Positions 9,157 through 19,308 of a stretch of 64,000 bases of DNA are shown in pieces (the first letter of the stretch is position 1; each line of letters starts with the position of its first letter). A model generated the notes under the pieces. The model was not told the DNA's origin. It was given only the letters and a program-made list of their open reading frames with translations, and did not search any database. Origin of the DNA: Minisyncoccota bacterium (lineage in GTDB: Bacteria; Patescibacteriota; Minisyncoccia; Phycocordibacterales; UBA6899). Location of the stretch: contig DATEZQ010000001.1 in NCBI GenBank assembly GCA_035583355.1, forward strand, positions 10,566-74,565. The letters run 5' to 3'. A program made the position numbers and the translations under genes.

Positions 9157-10936
9157 CGTGGCTTCATTTTTCAAAAAAAGAACACTCGTCAATGAAGACA
9201 TCGCTCCCGATGAGATTTTTTTGGATGATCGAAATATGCCAGGCTTCGATCAGCAGCAGTTTGAGGGTCGTATTGAGCAACCGATTGCTCGTGCATCAAT
9301 TATTGCTCTTGGAGGTTTATTTGTACTCATCACTGTAGTTTTTTGGGTGAAGCTCGCGGATATGCAGGTTGCTCATGGTTCTGATTATGCAGCACAGTCA
9401 ACGCGCAACCGTATTGACGAAACATATATTTTCCCAGAGCGTGGCGTCATCAGTGATCGTAATGGAGTACCACTCGCTTGGAATCTTCCAAAGGAAGGGG
9501 ATGATGCAGACTTTGCGAAGCGAAAGTATATTGAAAAAGGTGGGTTCGGTCATATTCTTGGCTATCTAGGTTATCCACTCAAGGATAAGAACGGCTTGTA
9601 CTATCAGAAGGCATATACTGCAATCAACGGTATTGAGTCGCAGTATCATGAATTGCTTTCTGGTGCGATTGGTAAACACCTTGTTGAGGTGGATGCGCGT
9701 GGTAATGTTGTTTGGTCAAATACAATTATTCCTCCTGTACCTGGAAAGAATATTACGCTTGCAATCGATGCTGACTTGCAGCATCAAATGTACGAGATTG
9801 TTAGTGGAGTCGCTCGCGCGGGTAACTGGACCGCAGGTGCAGCAGCGATAATGGATATTAATAATGGTGAACTCATTACGCTCACTTCTTTCCCAGAGTT
9901 CAGTTCGAATGTCATGACCGAGCGTGATGATCCGGAAAAAATGGAATCTTATCATAAGGATAAGCGCTCTCCGTTTATTGATCGAGCGGTTTCGGGGCTT
10001 TTTGCGCCAGGATCTATTGTGAAGCCACTTATCGCGGCGGCAGCACTGCAGGAAAAACTGATTACAAAGAATACTATCATTGTATCTGAAGGAAGAATCA
10101 CCATTCCAAACAAGTACTTTCCTGATAAGCCTACCCATTTCAATGACTGGCGTGCACACGGAGCAATGACCGTGAAGGAAGGTATCGCGTATTCATCTGA
10201 CGTATTCTTTTATGAGATCGGAGGAGGCTTTGGTGCACAGAAGGGTTTGGGGATCGAGCGACTTGAGAAATGGTATCGTAGCTTTAGTTATGGCGCTCCA
10301 ACAGGGATCGATCTTGAAGGGGAGGCGAGCGGGACGCTTCCAAATCCTGCATGGAAAGAGAAGACATTTAATGGTGATCCGTGGCGTGTCGGTGATACCT
10401 ATTTCACAAGCATCGGTCAGTATGGAGTGCAATCAACCTTGCTTCAGCCACTAGTTGAAGCTGCTGCGATAGCGAATTATGGAACAGTGCTTACGCCACA
10501 CCTTGTAAAGGATCAGGTATTTCCAACACGAACAATTGCGATTGATAAAAAGAATTTTGATATCGTGCAAGAGGGCATGCGCTTGGCAGCATCTCCTTCA
10601 GGAACAGCGAATACGCTGGTAATGGATGGGGTACACTTCGGTGCAAAGACGGGAACTGCAGAACTCGGCGTTACTAAGAATCATGTGAACTCTTGGGTTA
10701 TCGGTTTCTTCCCATACGAAAAGCCGAAGTACGCTTTTGCCTTGGTGATGGAGCATGGTATGAAGGGTGATACAAAGAATGCTGCATATACAATGCGCAA
10801 GTTCTTTGATTGGCTTGCGGTGGCGCATCCTGAATATCTTGGCATGAAGGCTCCGCTTGCGGCACCTACAGAAGATAGCAATGGTCATGATGGTGAAGCC
10901 GAGGCCCCGATACCAGCTCCGGTCGTTGGTCAGTAG
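9134..10936 (+). CDS. mrdA: penicillin-binding protein 2 (peptidoglycan D,D-transpeptidase)
   Basis: SxxK (GSIVKP), SxN (SSD) and KTGTA motifs. Sits downstream of mreBCD. The exact start is uncertain (9134 or an internal ATG near 9236). Confidence 0.85.
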   Translation: MIIVGFTNVASFFKKRTLVNEDIAPDEIFLDDRNMPGFDQQQFEGRIEQPIARASIIALGGLFVLITVVFWVKLADMQVAHGSDYAAQSTRNRIDETYIFPERGVISDRNGVPLAWNLPKEGDDADFAKRKYIEKGGFGHILGYLGYPLKDKNGLYYQKAYTAINGIESQYHELLSGAIGKHLVEVDARGNVVWSNTIIPPVPGKNITLAIDADLQHQMYEIVSGVARAGNWTAGAAAIMDINNGELITLTSFPEFSSNVMTERDDPEKMESYHKDKRSPFIDRAVSGLFAPGSIVKPLIAAAALQEKLITKNTIIVSEGRITIPNKYFPDKPTHFNDWRAHGAMTVKEGIAYSSDVFFYEIGGGFGAQKGLGIERLEKWYRSFSYGAPTGIDLEGEASGTLPNPAWKEKTFNGDPWRVGDTYFTSIGQYGVQSTLLQPLVEAAAIANYGTVLTPHLVKDQVFPTRTIAIDKKNFDIVQEGMRLAASPSGTANTLVMDGVHFGAKTGTAELGVTKNHVNSWVIGFFPYEKPKYAFALVMEHGMKGDTKNAAYTMRKFFDWLAVAHPEYLGMKAPLAAPTEDSNGHDGEAEAPIPAPVVGQ

Positions 10937-11007
10937 AAAATAGGGAGAGTTTATAGGGCCCTCTTTCGACCTTTCTTTTATGAGAATTTGTGTTATATTA
11001 TGGACTT

Positions 11008-11472
11008 ATGGATACTCCAAAGGAATATTTGAGCAAGGAAAAGCACGGTGAGCTCGTTGCAGAGCTCGACTTCTTAACACGTACGCGTCGTAAAGAGATT
11101 GCAGAAGCACTCGAAGCCGCAAAGGCTCTTGGTGATCTCTCAGAGAATGCAGAATACCATTCTGCGCGTGAGGCTCAGGCCGCACTCGAAGAGCGCATCT
11201 CAATGCTTGAAGAAATTCTTCGCACTGCGATTGTTGTCGGTGAACATGCAAGAAAGGATACCGTTGATATTGGTTCTACCGTCACCATTAAACGCAATGG
11301 CGAGAAGCAAGTCTTTACACTTGTTGGTTCAGAAGAAACTGATGTGCTCTCGGGCAAGATTTCAAACCGCGCTCCACTAGGCGAGGCACTCATGGGTAAG
11401 AAGAAGGGTGATGTCTGTAAGTATAAGACACCAGTCGGAACTGCTGAGTGTACAATTCTCGAAGTCGCTTAA
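11008..11472 (+). CDS. greA: transcription elongation factor GreA
   Basis: GDLSENAEYHSAREAQ signature. I prefer the ATG at 11008 over the GTG at 10990. Confidence 0.85.
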   Translation: MDTPKEYLSKEKHGELVAELDFLTRTRRKEIAEALEAAKALGDLSENAEYHSAREAQAALEERISMLEEILRTAIVVGEHARKDTVDIGSTVTIKRNGEKQVFTLVGSEETDVLSGKISNRAPLGEALMGKKKGDVCKYKTPVGTAECTILEVA

Positions 11473-11541
11473 TACATTCTGCCCGCCGAAAGGCAGGCAG
11501 GATTTATTTTTATTACGTATTATATTTGATATAATTATTCC

Positions 11542-13005
11542 ATGGCATCACTTGAAGAAATTCGCACCGAGCGTCTGCGCAAGCACGCACTCCTCCTTGA
11601 GAAGGGAATGAATCCATATCCTTCGAAAGTCCCTCGTACGCATGCAGTAAGTGCAGTGCGCGCAAATTTTGCAGACCTCGAATCAAAGGCAGCGATCGTT
11701 GCGCTCGCGGGACGTGTCATGGCCATTCGTGGTCAGGGCGCCATTCAGTTCGTTGTGCTCGATGACGGTACGGGTACATTCCAGGCCGTCATGAAGCGTG
11801 ACACGCTCGGAGAGGAGAAGATGGATTTCTTCGGCGCTACTGTAGACATGGGTGATTTTATCTCTGTAACCGGAACCGTATTTACCACGCAGCGTGGTGA
11901 GGCAAGTATCCTTGTGACCGACTGGGTCATGGCAAGCAAGTCATTGCTCCCACTCCCTGATAAGTGGGGTGGACTCCAGGACGAAGAAGAAAAGCTGCGT
12001 AAGCGCTACCTCGATATTCTGACAAATGCAGAATTGAAGGATCTTTTCATCAAGAAGTCAAAGTTCTGGCAGGCAATGCGTTCATTCCTTATCAATGAGG
12101 GTTATCTCGAAGTCGAGACTCCGATTATCGAAGTGACAACGGGAGGAGCGGATGCTCGTCCATTTGCCTCACATCACTGGGCACTTGATATCCCTGTCTT
12201 TAACCGCATTTCTGCCGGTGAGCTGTGGCAGAAGCGCCTCATGGTCGCAGGTTACCCAAAGACCTTCGAGATTGGACGCATCTTCCGTAATGAGGGCATG
12301 AGTCCAGAGCACGCACAGGACTATACACAGATGGAGTGCTATGCAGCTTGGGAGAATTTCGAAGAGGGAATGCAGTTCGTGGAGCGTCTCTACCGCCATG
12401 TTGCGAAGGAGGCATTCGGGACCGAGCAATTCACCATTCGTGGTTTCGATATCGACCTCAGTAAGCCATGGGCACGCTACGACTACACGGAGACTATTCA
12501 TCGTATGACTGGTGTCCATATCGTGACGGCTACCCAGGAAGAACTCGATGCAAAGCTCAAGGAGCTTGGTGTGCGTTTCGACCCCAAGGGCTGGAATCGT
12601 ATGCGTGCGATTGATAATCTTTGGAAGTGGTGCCGCAAGCAGATTGCAGGACCAGGATTCCTTATTAATGCACCTGTGGAGATGGCTCCACTTGCGAAGG
12701 TTGCAAAGGATGGCAAGACCGTTGAGATGTACCAGCCAATCATCGCGGGAAGCGAGGTAGGTCGTGGATACAGTGAGCTCAATGATCCTATTGATCAGCG
12801 ACAACGATTCACGGAGCAGCAAGGTATGCGTGATGCAGGTGATGAGGAGGCACAGATGGCGGACTGGGAGTTCGTCGAAGCGCTAGAGCATGGTATGCCA
12901 CCTACATCAGGTTTCGGCGTCTCGGAGCGTTTGTTCTCATTTTTGGCAGATAAGCCAATTCGCGAAGCCCAGCTTTTCCCACTGGTGAAGCCAAAGATAG
13001 ATTAG
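11542..13005 (+). CDS. lysS: lysine--tRNA ligase (class II)
   Basis: OB-fold N-terminal domain, class II aaRS motifs and the GMPPTSGFGVSERL C-terminal motif. Confidence 0.9.
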   Translation: MASLEEIRTERLRKHALLLEKGMNPYPSKVPRTHAVSAVRANFADLESKAAIVALAGRVMAIRGQGAIQFVVLDDGTGTFQAVMKRDTLGEEKMDFFGATVDMGDFISVTGTVFTTQRGEASILVTDWVMASKSLLPLPDKWGGLQDEEEKLRKRYLDILTNAELKDLFIKKSKFWQAMRSFLINEGYLEVETPIIEVTTGGADARPFASHHWALDIPVFNRISAGELWQKRLMVAGYPKTFEIGRIFRNEGMSPEHAQDYTQMECYAAWENFEEGMQFVERLYRHVAKEAFGTEQFTIRGFDIDLSKPWARYDYTETIHRMTGVHIVTATQEELDAKLKELGVRFDPKGWNRMRAIDNLWKWCRKQIAGPGFLINAPVEMAPLAKVAKDGKTVEMYQPIIAGSEVGRGYSELNDPIDQRQRFTEQQGMRDAGDEEAQMADWEFVEALEHGMPPTSGFGVSERLFSFLADKPIREAQLFPLVKPKID

Positions 13006-13008
13006 AAA

Positions 13009-13040
13009 TAAAACACCGTCTAAAGATGGTGTTTTTCTTT
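13009..13040 (+). terminator. intrinsic terminator after lysS
   Basis: aaacacc-gtctaaaga-tggtgttt followed by a T-run. Confidence 0.7.
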
Positions 13041-13225
13041 CTCGAAGGATTTAATGTGCAATACTTTTGTCAAACTATATAACGGGTGTTTTGTGCAAAA
13101 TGCATGCCCATTCTGTTCGGCCGATGATTATGTGATTGTCGGGGTCATCGAATCAGTATTCCTAGGATTTCTTGACGAAAACAGTAACGACGGTAATGTG
13201 GGTAGAGAAGAACCTTGGAGGTAGT

Positions 13226-14590
13226 ATGTCCATCAATGATCGGCCACGTTGTGGCTTTTGTCTTTCCGATGAAGGGCCGCTTATTCCCGGAAGTGCCGTT
13301 TCTCGTCTTTTTGAAGGCGATGTAGTTCGAGAGATATTGAATGTGCTCGAAGATAACGGAATCTATAATCCCTCTCGAAACATTGCTGATGCAGTCGCGT
13401 ATGTTCATATCTGCCCCAGATGTGTGCTGCGCTATGCAGAGCAAGAGGTAGAGAAGCAGAGGAGTGATGCACGTGAAGATTCGGTTGACTATACACCACA
13501 GACTATTCATGGGTATCTCAACCGTTGGGTCGTAGGTCAAGATCGTGCGAAGAAAACACTCGCAATCGCGATTTACGAACATTACGCGCGAATGCGCATC
13601 AAGGAGATTTCAAGAGTTCCGAGTGATCCGTATCGCGATGTTGAACTCAAGAAGGCGAATGTGCTCCTTATTGGGCCAACGGGTAGTGGTAAAACATTGC
13701 TCATAGAAACGATTGCGCGCTATCTCGATGTTCCATTCGTTGTTGTTGATGCAACGACGATCACGGAAGCGGGCTATGTCGGCAAAGATGCGGATCATTG
13801 CATCAAACGCCTTTTGCTCCTTTCGGATGGTTCTGTGTCTCGCGCGGAACGCGGTATTGTTTATCTCGATGAGATTGATAAGATTGCATGTGCACAGGAT
13901 ACGAGCATCAATCGCGACATTGGAGGTGAGGGAGCGCAGCAGGCGTTACTCAAACTCATTGAAGGGGTCGAGGTTGAAGTGACGACGCGAAGTGATTCGG
14001 GCAGTCCGTCGAAGTCCACAGTGAACACGAGCGGCATACTCTTTATTGCAAGCGGTGCGTTTCCCGGCTTACCCGAGATCATTGGGAAGCGCAAGCATAG
14101 CAGGGGAATGGGTTTCCAGACCTCGCCACAGAAGAAGCAGTGTTCAGAGGATTGCCTCTGTGACGTCACCGTAGAGGATTTGAAGCGCTATGGCCTGATT
14201 CCAGAGTTTCTCGGCCGATTTCCGGTCATTGAGACACTGGAGGCACTCTCTCGTGCTGACCTCATTAGCATCCTCAAGGACCCAAGAAATTCGCTACTCA
14301 ATCAGTATCGCAAGTTGTTCTTATTTGAAGGAATACAACTCACCGTCGACGATGCAGTACTCGAATCTATTGCTGATGATGCTATGGGTAGTGGCACCGG
14401 CGCCAGAGGCTTGCAGAGTGTATTCGAGAAAATCATGAGAGATTTGGTGTACATTATCCCCGGGATGAAAATCGCTGAACCAGACCTGGTCAGTGTTCAG
14501 GTCACGATGAAATATCTCGAGGGCGGAACTGCAACCTTCGGATATAAAGAAAAAGGGCCTGATGGCTCTAGACGACGTGCACGTCGATGA
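13226..14590 (+). CDS. clpX: ATP-dependent Clp protease ATP-binding subunit ClpX
   Basis: N-terminal Cys pairs CGFC...CPRC and Walker A GPTGSGKT. GGAGG lies 4 nt before the ATG at 13226. The N-terminal zinc-binding region carries an extra ~33 aa between the Cys pairs. Confidence 0.85.
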   Translation: MSINDRPRCGFCLSDEGPLIPGSAVSRLFEGDVVREILNVLEDNGIYNPSRNIADAVAYVHICPRCVLRYAEQEVEKQRSDAREDSVDYTPQTIHGYLNRWVVGQDRAKKTLAIAIYEHYARMRIKEISRVPSDPYRDVELKKANVLLIGPTGSGKTLLIETIARYLDVPFVVVDATTITEAGYVGKDADHCIKRLLLLSDGSVSRAERGIVYLDEIDKIACAQDTSINRDIGGEGAQQALLKLIEGVEVEVTTRSDSGSPSKSTVNTSGILFIASGAFPGLPEIIGKRKHSRGMGFQTSPQKKQCSEDCLCDVTVEDLKRYGLIPEFLGRFPVIETLEALSRADLISILKDPRNSLLNQYRKLFLFEGIQLTVDDAVLESIADDAMGSGTGARGLQSVFEKIMRDLVYIIPGMKIAEPDLVSVQVTMKYLEGGTATFGYKEKGPDGSRRRARR

Positions 14591-14593
14591 TCA

Positions 14594-14621
14594 AAAGCGC
14601 TACGATTGTAGCGCTTTTTTA
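14594..14621. terminator. bidirectional terminator between clpX and the convergent minus-strand gene
   Basis: aaaagcgctacgattgtagcgctttttt. Confidence 0.75.
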
Positions 14622-14649
14622 TATGAAAAGGGACCGAAGTCCCTTATGG

Positions 14650-15219
14650 TTACTGCATGCAACATTTTTCCGCGCGCTCGTAAAGGAGCGGGCTTTTATT
14701 GCAGGCGATGTTGATGATCTGGAGGCGCGAATTTGGGAAGTCCCTGTGGTGCAAGAGGATCGCATTACGGATCGCCGCGCACGCATCCTCGAAAGGCTTG
14801 AACAGCGTCGTCTTGTTCGCGTCAAAGCGCGGGATCCCGATGGACACCACACGCATGAGCTCCTTGTCGGCGAGGGTGAGGGCGTTATAGACGATGTCCT
14901 CGATGGAGAGCTTGCCATCATCGACGACGAAGATGACATTGTCGAAACGAACAGGGTACATCTGCGTACGTTCGATCTTGAAAGCACTTCCAGCGGGGAG
15001 CGGGAGCCGCTTTTCGGCTCGGTGGTGGAAGTGATCCCCGACCAGGTGCATGATCGCCTGATCAGTGAACGTCTTTTCGCCGCCACCATCACCAATTGTG
15101 GTGATGATCGCGTCTGCGGCCAGATCGGTGATCGGCCTTTTGTGGATATTGATTGCGGGCACGAGGCCTCCTTTTAGAAAGAACATAATTGACACTACAA
15201 TAAATTTTCTCTTAGTCAA
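14650..15219 (-). CDS. macro-domain-like protein (divergent)
   Basis: By eye it aligns to E. coli YmdB: ITDLAADAIITTIGDGGGEKTFTDQAIMHLVG vs ITKLAVDVIVNAAH..GGGGVDGAIHRAAG, and VSIGIPRFDANKT vs SVAFPAISTGVYG. The overlapping plus-strand ORFs are low-complexity and look antisense. The true start may be internal. Confidence 0.45.
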   Translation of the reverse strand: MTKRKFIVVSIMFFLKGGLVPAINIHKRPITDLAADAIITTIGDGGGEKTFTDQAIMHLVGDHFHHRAEKRLPLPAGSAFKIERTQMYPVRFDNVIFVVDDGKLSIEDIVYNALTLADKELMRVVSIGIPRFDANKTTLFKPFEDACAAIRNAILLHHRDFPNSRLQIINIACNKSPLLYERAEKCCMQ

Positions 15220-15373
15220 GGTGAGTGTGGAGGCTGAACATCACGAGTAATATGCGCGAAATAGTCTGCTCAATAGTGAGCAATTATTCATGAAATATTT
15301 CTTGCAAAATGCTATGCAGGTTTTTTGATGAAATTTTTTTTCACTATCAAAAATATGGCTAACGCTCTGTGTT

Positions 15374-15469
15374 GTGGGGAAAGTGGGACTGTGGATAACT
15401 TTATTGTTGCATAATGGGGGAGAGTGGGATAAAATGGGAACATGTGGGAGAAAGTGGGAAACTTGAGGA
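15374..15469 (+). promoter_or_regulatory. MraZ-box-like direct repeat array upstream of mraZ
   Basis: GTGGGG/GTGGGA/GTGGAT at 15374-15396. Then GTGGGA, ATGGGA, GTGGGA, GTGGGA, TGAGGA at exact 10-bp spacing (15424, 15434, 15444, 15454, 15464). MraZ is known to bind GTGGG-type direct repeats in its own promoter. Confidence 0.6.
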
Positions 15470-15653
15470 ACAAAACATCAGCCACATTCGGGGTCATCAC
15501 CCGAGCAAAAAGATATCGAAGGGCATGTGGGTGCCACTCGGTATCTGCTCGGGGCGATGCCCTGGTGCTGGTGTGTTAGACCTGCTGGTGGGTCTAATGC
15601 ATCAACACTAGGGTAGCGCACAGTTTCATGACGAAACTTAACGTTCAAAATCC

Positions 15654-16088
15654 ATGTTTATAGGCGAATATACAAATACCATAGATGATAAAAAACGACT
15701 TTCTGTGCCCTCAAAATTTCGAAAGGAATTGGGTGAGAAGGCGGTTATCACGTATGGTTTGAATAAAGCGCTTACTCTCTATCCACTCTCAGAATGGGAG
15801 ATCTACGCAGAAAAGCTCGGTAGTCTCTCTGTAGGAAACCCTGAAGAACGTGCATATGCACGTGCAATGCTCTCGGGAGCATTCGAGGTAGAACTCGATA
15901 AGTCAGGACGTATTCTTTTACCGCAGCAGCTCACACAATTTGCAGCTATCGATGGACGTGTGGTGTTCACGGGAATGGCACGCTTCGTTGAGCTCTGGGA
16001 TGAAGCAACATGGAATGCATACCGTACCACCGTTATTCCAAATACTGATGCACTTGCAGAGTCGCTCGGTGCACGAGGTTCAATCTAG
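15654..16088 (+). CDS. mraZ: transcriptional regulator MraZ
   Basis: Two DxxxR-type repeats (TIDDKKRLSVP, LDKSGRILLP). First gene of the dcw cluster. Confidence 0.9.
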   Translation: MFIGEYTNTIDDKKRLSVPSKFRKELGEKAVITYGLNKALTLYPLSEWEIYAEKLGSLSVGNPEERAYARAMLSGAFEVELDKSGRILLPQQLTQFAAIDGRVVFTGMARFVELWDEATWNAYRTTVIPNTDALAESLGARGSI

Positions 16089-16096
16089 AGAGGCGT

Positions 16097-16993
16097 ATGA
16101 AGACACACATAAGCGTATTGTACCAGGAATCACTCGATGCATTGCTGCTCGCCCCGGGAAAGACAATCATTGATGGAACCTTTGGTGCAGGAGGACACAG
16201 TAGGGGTATCGCAGAGAAAATTGGTAAAAAGGGAACACTCATCGCATTCGACCAAGATGGAGAAGTGTTTACAAAACCGATTGTTGACGAAATTCGCTCA
16301 TTCACAAACTTTATTCCAGTTATTGCAAACTTCCGCACGATGGCTCATGAGCTCTCGCAGCAGAAAATTGATCACATTGACGGAGTACTTCTCGATCTTG
16401 GACTATCAAGCACTCAGCTAGAAGTATCAGGCAGAGGATTCAGCTTTCAACGTGATGAACCGCTCGCAATGACGTTCTCGGACAAGCCCGAAGAACAACT
16501 CGTCACTGCAGAAACAGTGGTTAATAATTGGAGTCGCGAAACGATCACCGAGATCCTTAGGGGTTTTGGCGAAGAACAGTTTGCGTGGCGAATTGCGGGA
16601 GCAATCGTTGAAGCACGAACAAAGAGTGCAATAAAAACGACTAATGAACTTGTTGCAATCATCAAGGGGGCAGTCCCTGGATGGTATCAGCACGGTCGCA
16701 CACATTTTGCGACCCGTACGTTTCAGGCTCTTCGTATGGCGGTCAATGACGAGACAGGTAGTGCTGAAGAGGGTATGCGCAGTGCATTCGCACTTCTTGC
16801 GCCGAAAGGGCGCCTTGCCGTCATATCGTTCCATTCGATTGAAGATAGACTAGTGAAACAAACGATGAAGGATCTTGCTGAGCATGCAGGGGGAACCCTT
16901 GTTACAAAGAAACCGATTATTGCAGGCGATGAAGAACTTTCAGAGAATCCACGTAGCCGTAGTGCAAAATTACGCATAATAGAAAAATCATGA
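16097..16993 (+). CDS. rsmH: 16S rRNA (cytosine1402-N4)-methyltransferase RsmH (MraW)
   Basis: HISVL...DGTFGAGGHS SAM-binding motifs. Follows mraZ. Confidence 0.9.
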   Translation: MKTHISVLYQESLDALLLAPGKTIIDGTFGAGGHSRGIAEKIGKKGTLIAFDQDGEVFTKPIVDEIRSFTNFIPVIANFRTMAHELSQQKIDHIDGVLLDLGLSSTQLEVSGRGFSFQRDEPLAMTFSDKPEEQLVTAETVVNNWSRETITEILRGFGEEQFAWRIAGAIVEARTKSAIKTTNELVAIIKGAVPGWYQHGRTHFATRTFQALRMAVNDETGSAEEGMRSAFALLAPKGRLAVISFHSIEDRLVKQTMKDLAEHAGGTLVTKKPIIAGDEELSENPRSRSAKLRIIEKS

Positions 16994-17126
16994 AAATCCC
17001 AATAACAGTACAACATACGATACGACCCGTTATCCGTATTTGGGATAAGACGAATCGACGCGCAAAGCCTCGATCACGCATCATGTCTATTTTCCGAATC
17101 GCCTAATCCATTAACATCAGAAAACC

Positions 17127-17468
17127 ATGCAAACACTCTACGCAAAAGCAAATGTAATGAACTCTTGGTACGCACAGAACGCACGTACTGTTTTCACTGT
17201 GATGCTCGCAATTCTTATTGCTAGCTTTGCTTCGTACATGTTTTTCATGGTTTCTTCATTGTCTTCTGGGGTCGCATATCAGAAGGTGCGTCGTGAGATT
17301 GCAAATACTGAATCACGCATTGCAAACCTTGAGGCTGAGCGTATTGCACGCATGAAAGCAGTTGATCTTGCATTTGCAAAGGATCGTGGCTTTGTTGAGG
17401 TTTCGCCTACTCGATATATTGCTTCTGCGGCAGCAACTGAGAAATTTACAATGCGTGACGCGCGCTAA
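17127..17468 (+). CDS. FtsL-like cell division protein (small bitopic membrane protein with coiled coil)
   Basis: Sits between rsmH and ftsI. Has one TM plus a leucine-zipper-like helix. Confidence 0.5.
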   Translation: MQTLYAKANVMNSWYAQNARTVFTVMLAILIASFASYMFFMVSSLSSGVAYQKVRREIANTESRIANLEAERIARMKAVDLAFAKDRGFVEVSPTRYIASAAATEKFTMRDAR

Positions 17469-17474
17469 TCCTCT

Positions 17475-19307
17475 ATGCGGAATCCACGTCAGTTACGATT
17501 GCGCTTGGCAAGCATACCCGTCCTACTCATAGGGCTGGTTTTTATTGCCCGATTGTATAATTTGCAAGTGCAGCACGGAAAGGAGTACGCCGCAGAGGGT
17601 GAGAAACAATATGTTTCAACCTCAGGCTACACCTATGAGCGAGGCAAGATATTCATGATGAACAAAGACGGGGAACGTCTTGAAGTTGCGAATATCGCAC
17701 AAGGGTGGCTCATGACTATCAATCCGCAGTTGATTACAAATCCGGAGGAAACGCATCAGAAGATTGCAGCATTCTATCCTTCGCTGTCATACACAGAGTT
17801 CATGAGTAAGTCGGCGAATAAGCAGGTGAAGTATGCAGAAGTTGCACACCGTGTTCCCGACGAGATTGGACTTAAGATTAGTGCACAAAAGATTACAGGA
17901 GTGCAGTTGTTTAGGGAAACCTGGCGCACGTACCCTGGTGGAGATATCGGAGGTCAGGTAATCGGCTTTGTGGGACATCAAGGTGACGACTTCACTGGTC
18001 AGTATGGTGTCGAACGCTACTACAACGAGGCGCTCACCAGAAACGAAGATAACATCAGAGTGAATTACTTCGCTGAACTTTTTGGGAGCATAAAAAATGT
18101 TGTCTATGATCGTAAGGAGGAGGAGCGTGGAGATATTGTGCTGACACTCGAGCCAACCGTACAGTCATTGCTTGAGCATACACTTACGAAGGTGCAAAAC
18201 GAATGGAACTCGAAGCAAGTAGGAGGGATTGTGATGGATGCGAAAACTGGTGCAATTTATGCCATGGCAGCAAATCCCACATTTAACCTCAATGAATATG
18301 GAAAAGTGAAAGATATCTCCGTATTTCGTAATCCGCTTGTAGAGGATGTTTTTGAGATGGGCTCCATCATGAAGCCTCTTACGGTTGCTGCGGGAATTGA
18401 TACTGGAGTCATTACTTCGAACTCTGTCTATAATGACGTTGGGGTTATGCGTCTGAATGCAAAGACCTTTAGCAATTACGATGGAAAAGCACGTGGTCCA
18501 AATACTCCCGTGCAGCAGATTCTAAGTCAATCCCTTAATACTGGTGCTGCATATGTTGCACTCAAAGTAGGGAAGGAGCAATTCAAGGACTACTTTTTGA
18601 ATAAGTATCAGCTTGGACAGGAAACTGGTATAGATCTCCCTGGAGAGGCTCATGGTCTTATTTCAAATTTTAATTCGAAGCGTGATATTGAGACGGCTAC
18701 CGCATCCTTCGGTCAGGGCTTTGCTGTGTCACCGATCAATACGATTGTTGCACTCGCTTCACTTGGGAACGGAGGCTATTTGGTTACACCACACGTGATG
18801 TCGGAAATCGTCTACAGTAATGGTACAACGCGTAAGATTGTAGCTCCGACGCCGGTACCGATTTTGAAACCAGGCACATCTGAAGAGATCTCGCGCATGC
18901 TCGTCACCGTCGTTGACAAGGCTCTTCTTGGTGGCAAACTAAAGATTCCCGAGTATACAGTCGCTTCGAAGACGGGAACAGCACAGATTGCACGAGCAGA
19001 TGGAAAGGGCTACGAAAAGGATAAATATTTGCACACGTTCTTCGCCTATGCGCCTGCATATAATCCACGATTCATTATCTTCTTGTTCAATAAGGAGCCG
19101 CAGCATGTGGACTACGCATCACAAACGCTTGGTGCACCCGCCATGGAGCTTGTACGTTTCTTGCTCAACTACTACAATGAAACACCAGATCGCGCCTCAA
19201 GCATTGAGAAGCCTTTATTCCCAAAGCAGGCAGATCCTGAGCCAGTAATCATTCCTACTCCTGCCACTTCCACTACTCCTGCAACCTCAACGCGAACAAC
19301 AACATAG
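17475..19307 (+). CDS. ftsI: penicillin-binding protein (FtsI/PBP3-like transpeptidase) with Pro/Thr-rich C-terminal tail
   Basis: SxxK (GSIMKP), SxN (SQSLN) and KTGTA motifs. The C-terminus is PTPATSTTPATSTRTTT. Confidence 0.8.
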   Translation: MRNPRQLRLRLASIPVLLIGLVFIARLYNLQVQHGKEYAAEGEKQYVSTSGYTYERGKIFMMNKDGERLEVANIAQGWLMTINPQLITNPEETHQKIAAFYPSLSYTEFMSKSANKQVKYAEVAHRVPDEIGLKISAQKITGVQLFRETWRTYPGGDIGGQVIGFVGHQGDDFTGQYGVERYYNEALTRNEDNIRVNYFAELFGSIKNVVYDRKEEERGDIVLTLEPTVQSLLEHTLTKVQNEWNSKQVGGIVMDAKTGAIYAMAANPTFNLNEYGKVKDISVFRNPLVEDVFEMGSIMKPLTVAAGIDTGVITSNSVYNDVGVMRLNAKTFSNYDGKARGPNTPVQQILSQSLNTGAAYVALKVGKEQFKDYFLNKYQLGQETGIDLPGEAHGLISNFNSKRDIETATASFGQGFAVSPINTIVALASLGNGGYLVTPHVMSEIVYSNGTTRKIVAPTPVPILKPGTSEEISRMLVTVVDKALLGGKLKIPEYTVASKTGTAQIARADGKGYEKDKYLHTFFAYAPAYNPRFIIFLFNKEPQHVDYASQTLGAPAMELVRFLLNYYNETPDRASSIEKPLFPKQADPEPVIIPTPATSTTPATSTRTTT

Positions 19308-19308
19308 T

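Noticed and set aside
14587-15177. Plus-strand 196-aa ORF and minus-strand 158-aa ORF overlapping the macro-domain-like gene
   Set aside because: Both are low-complexity products (D/E/R-rich and Ser-rich). The minus-strand 189-aa frame aligns by eye to the macro-domain family.
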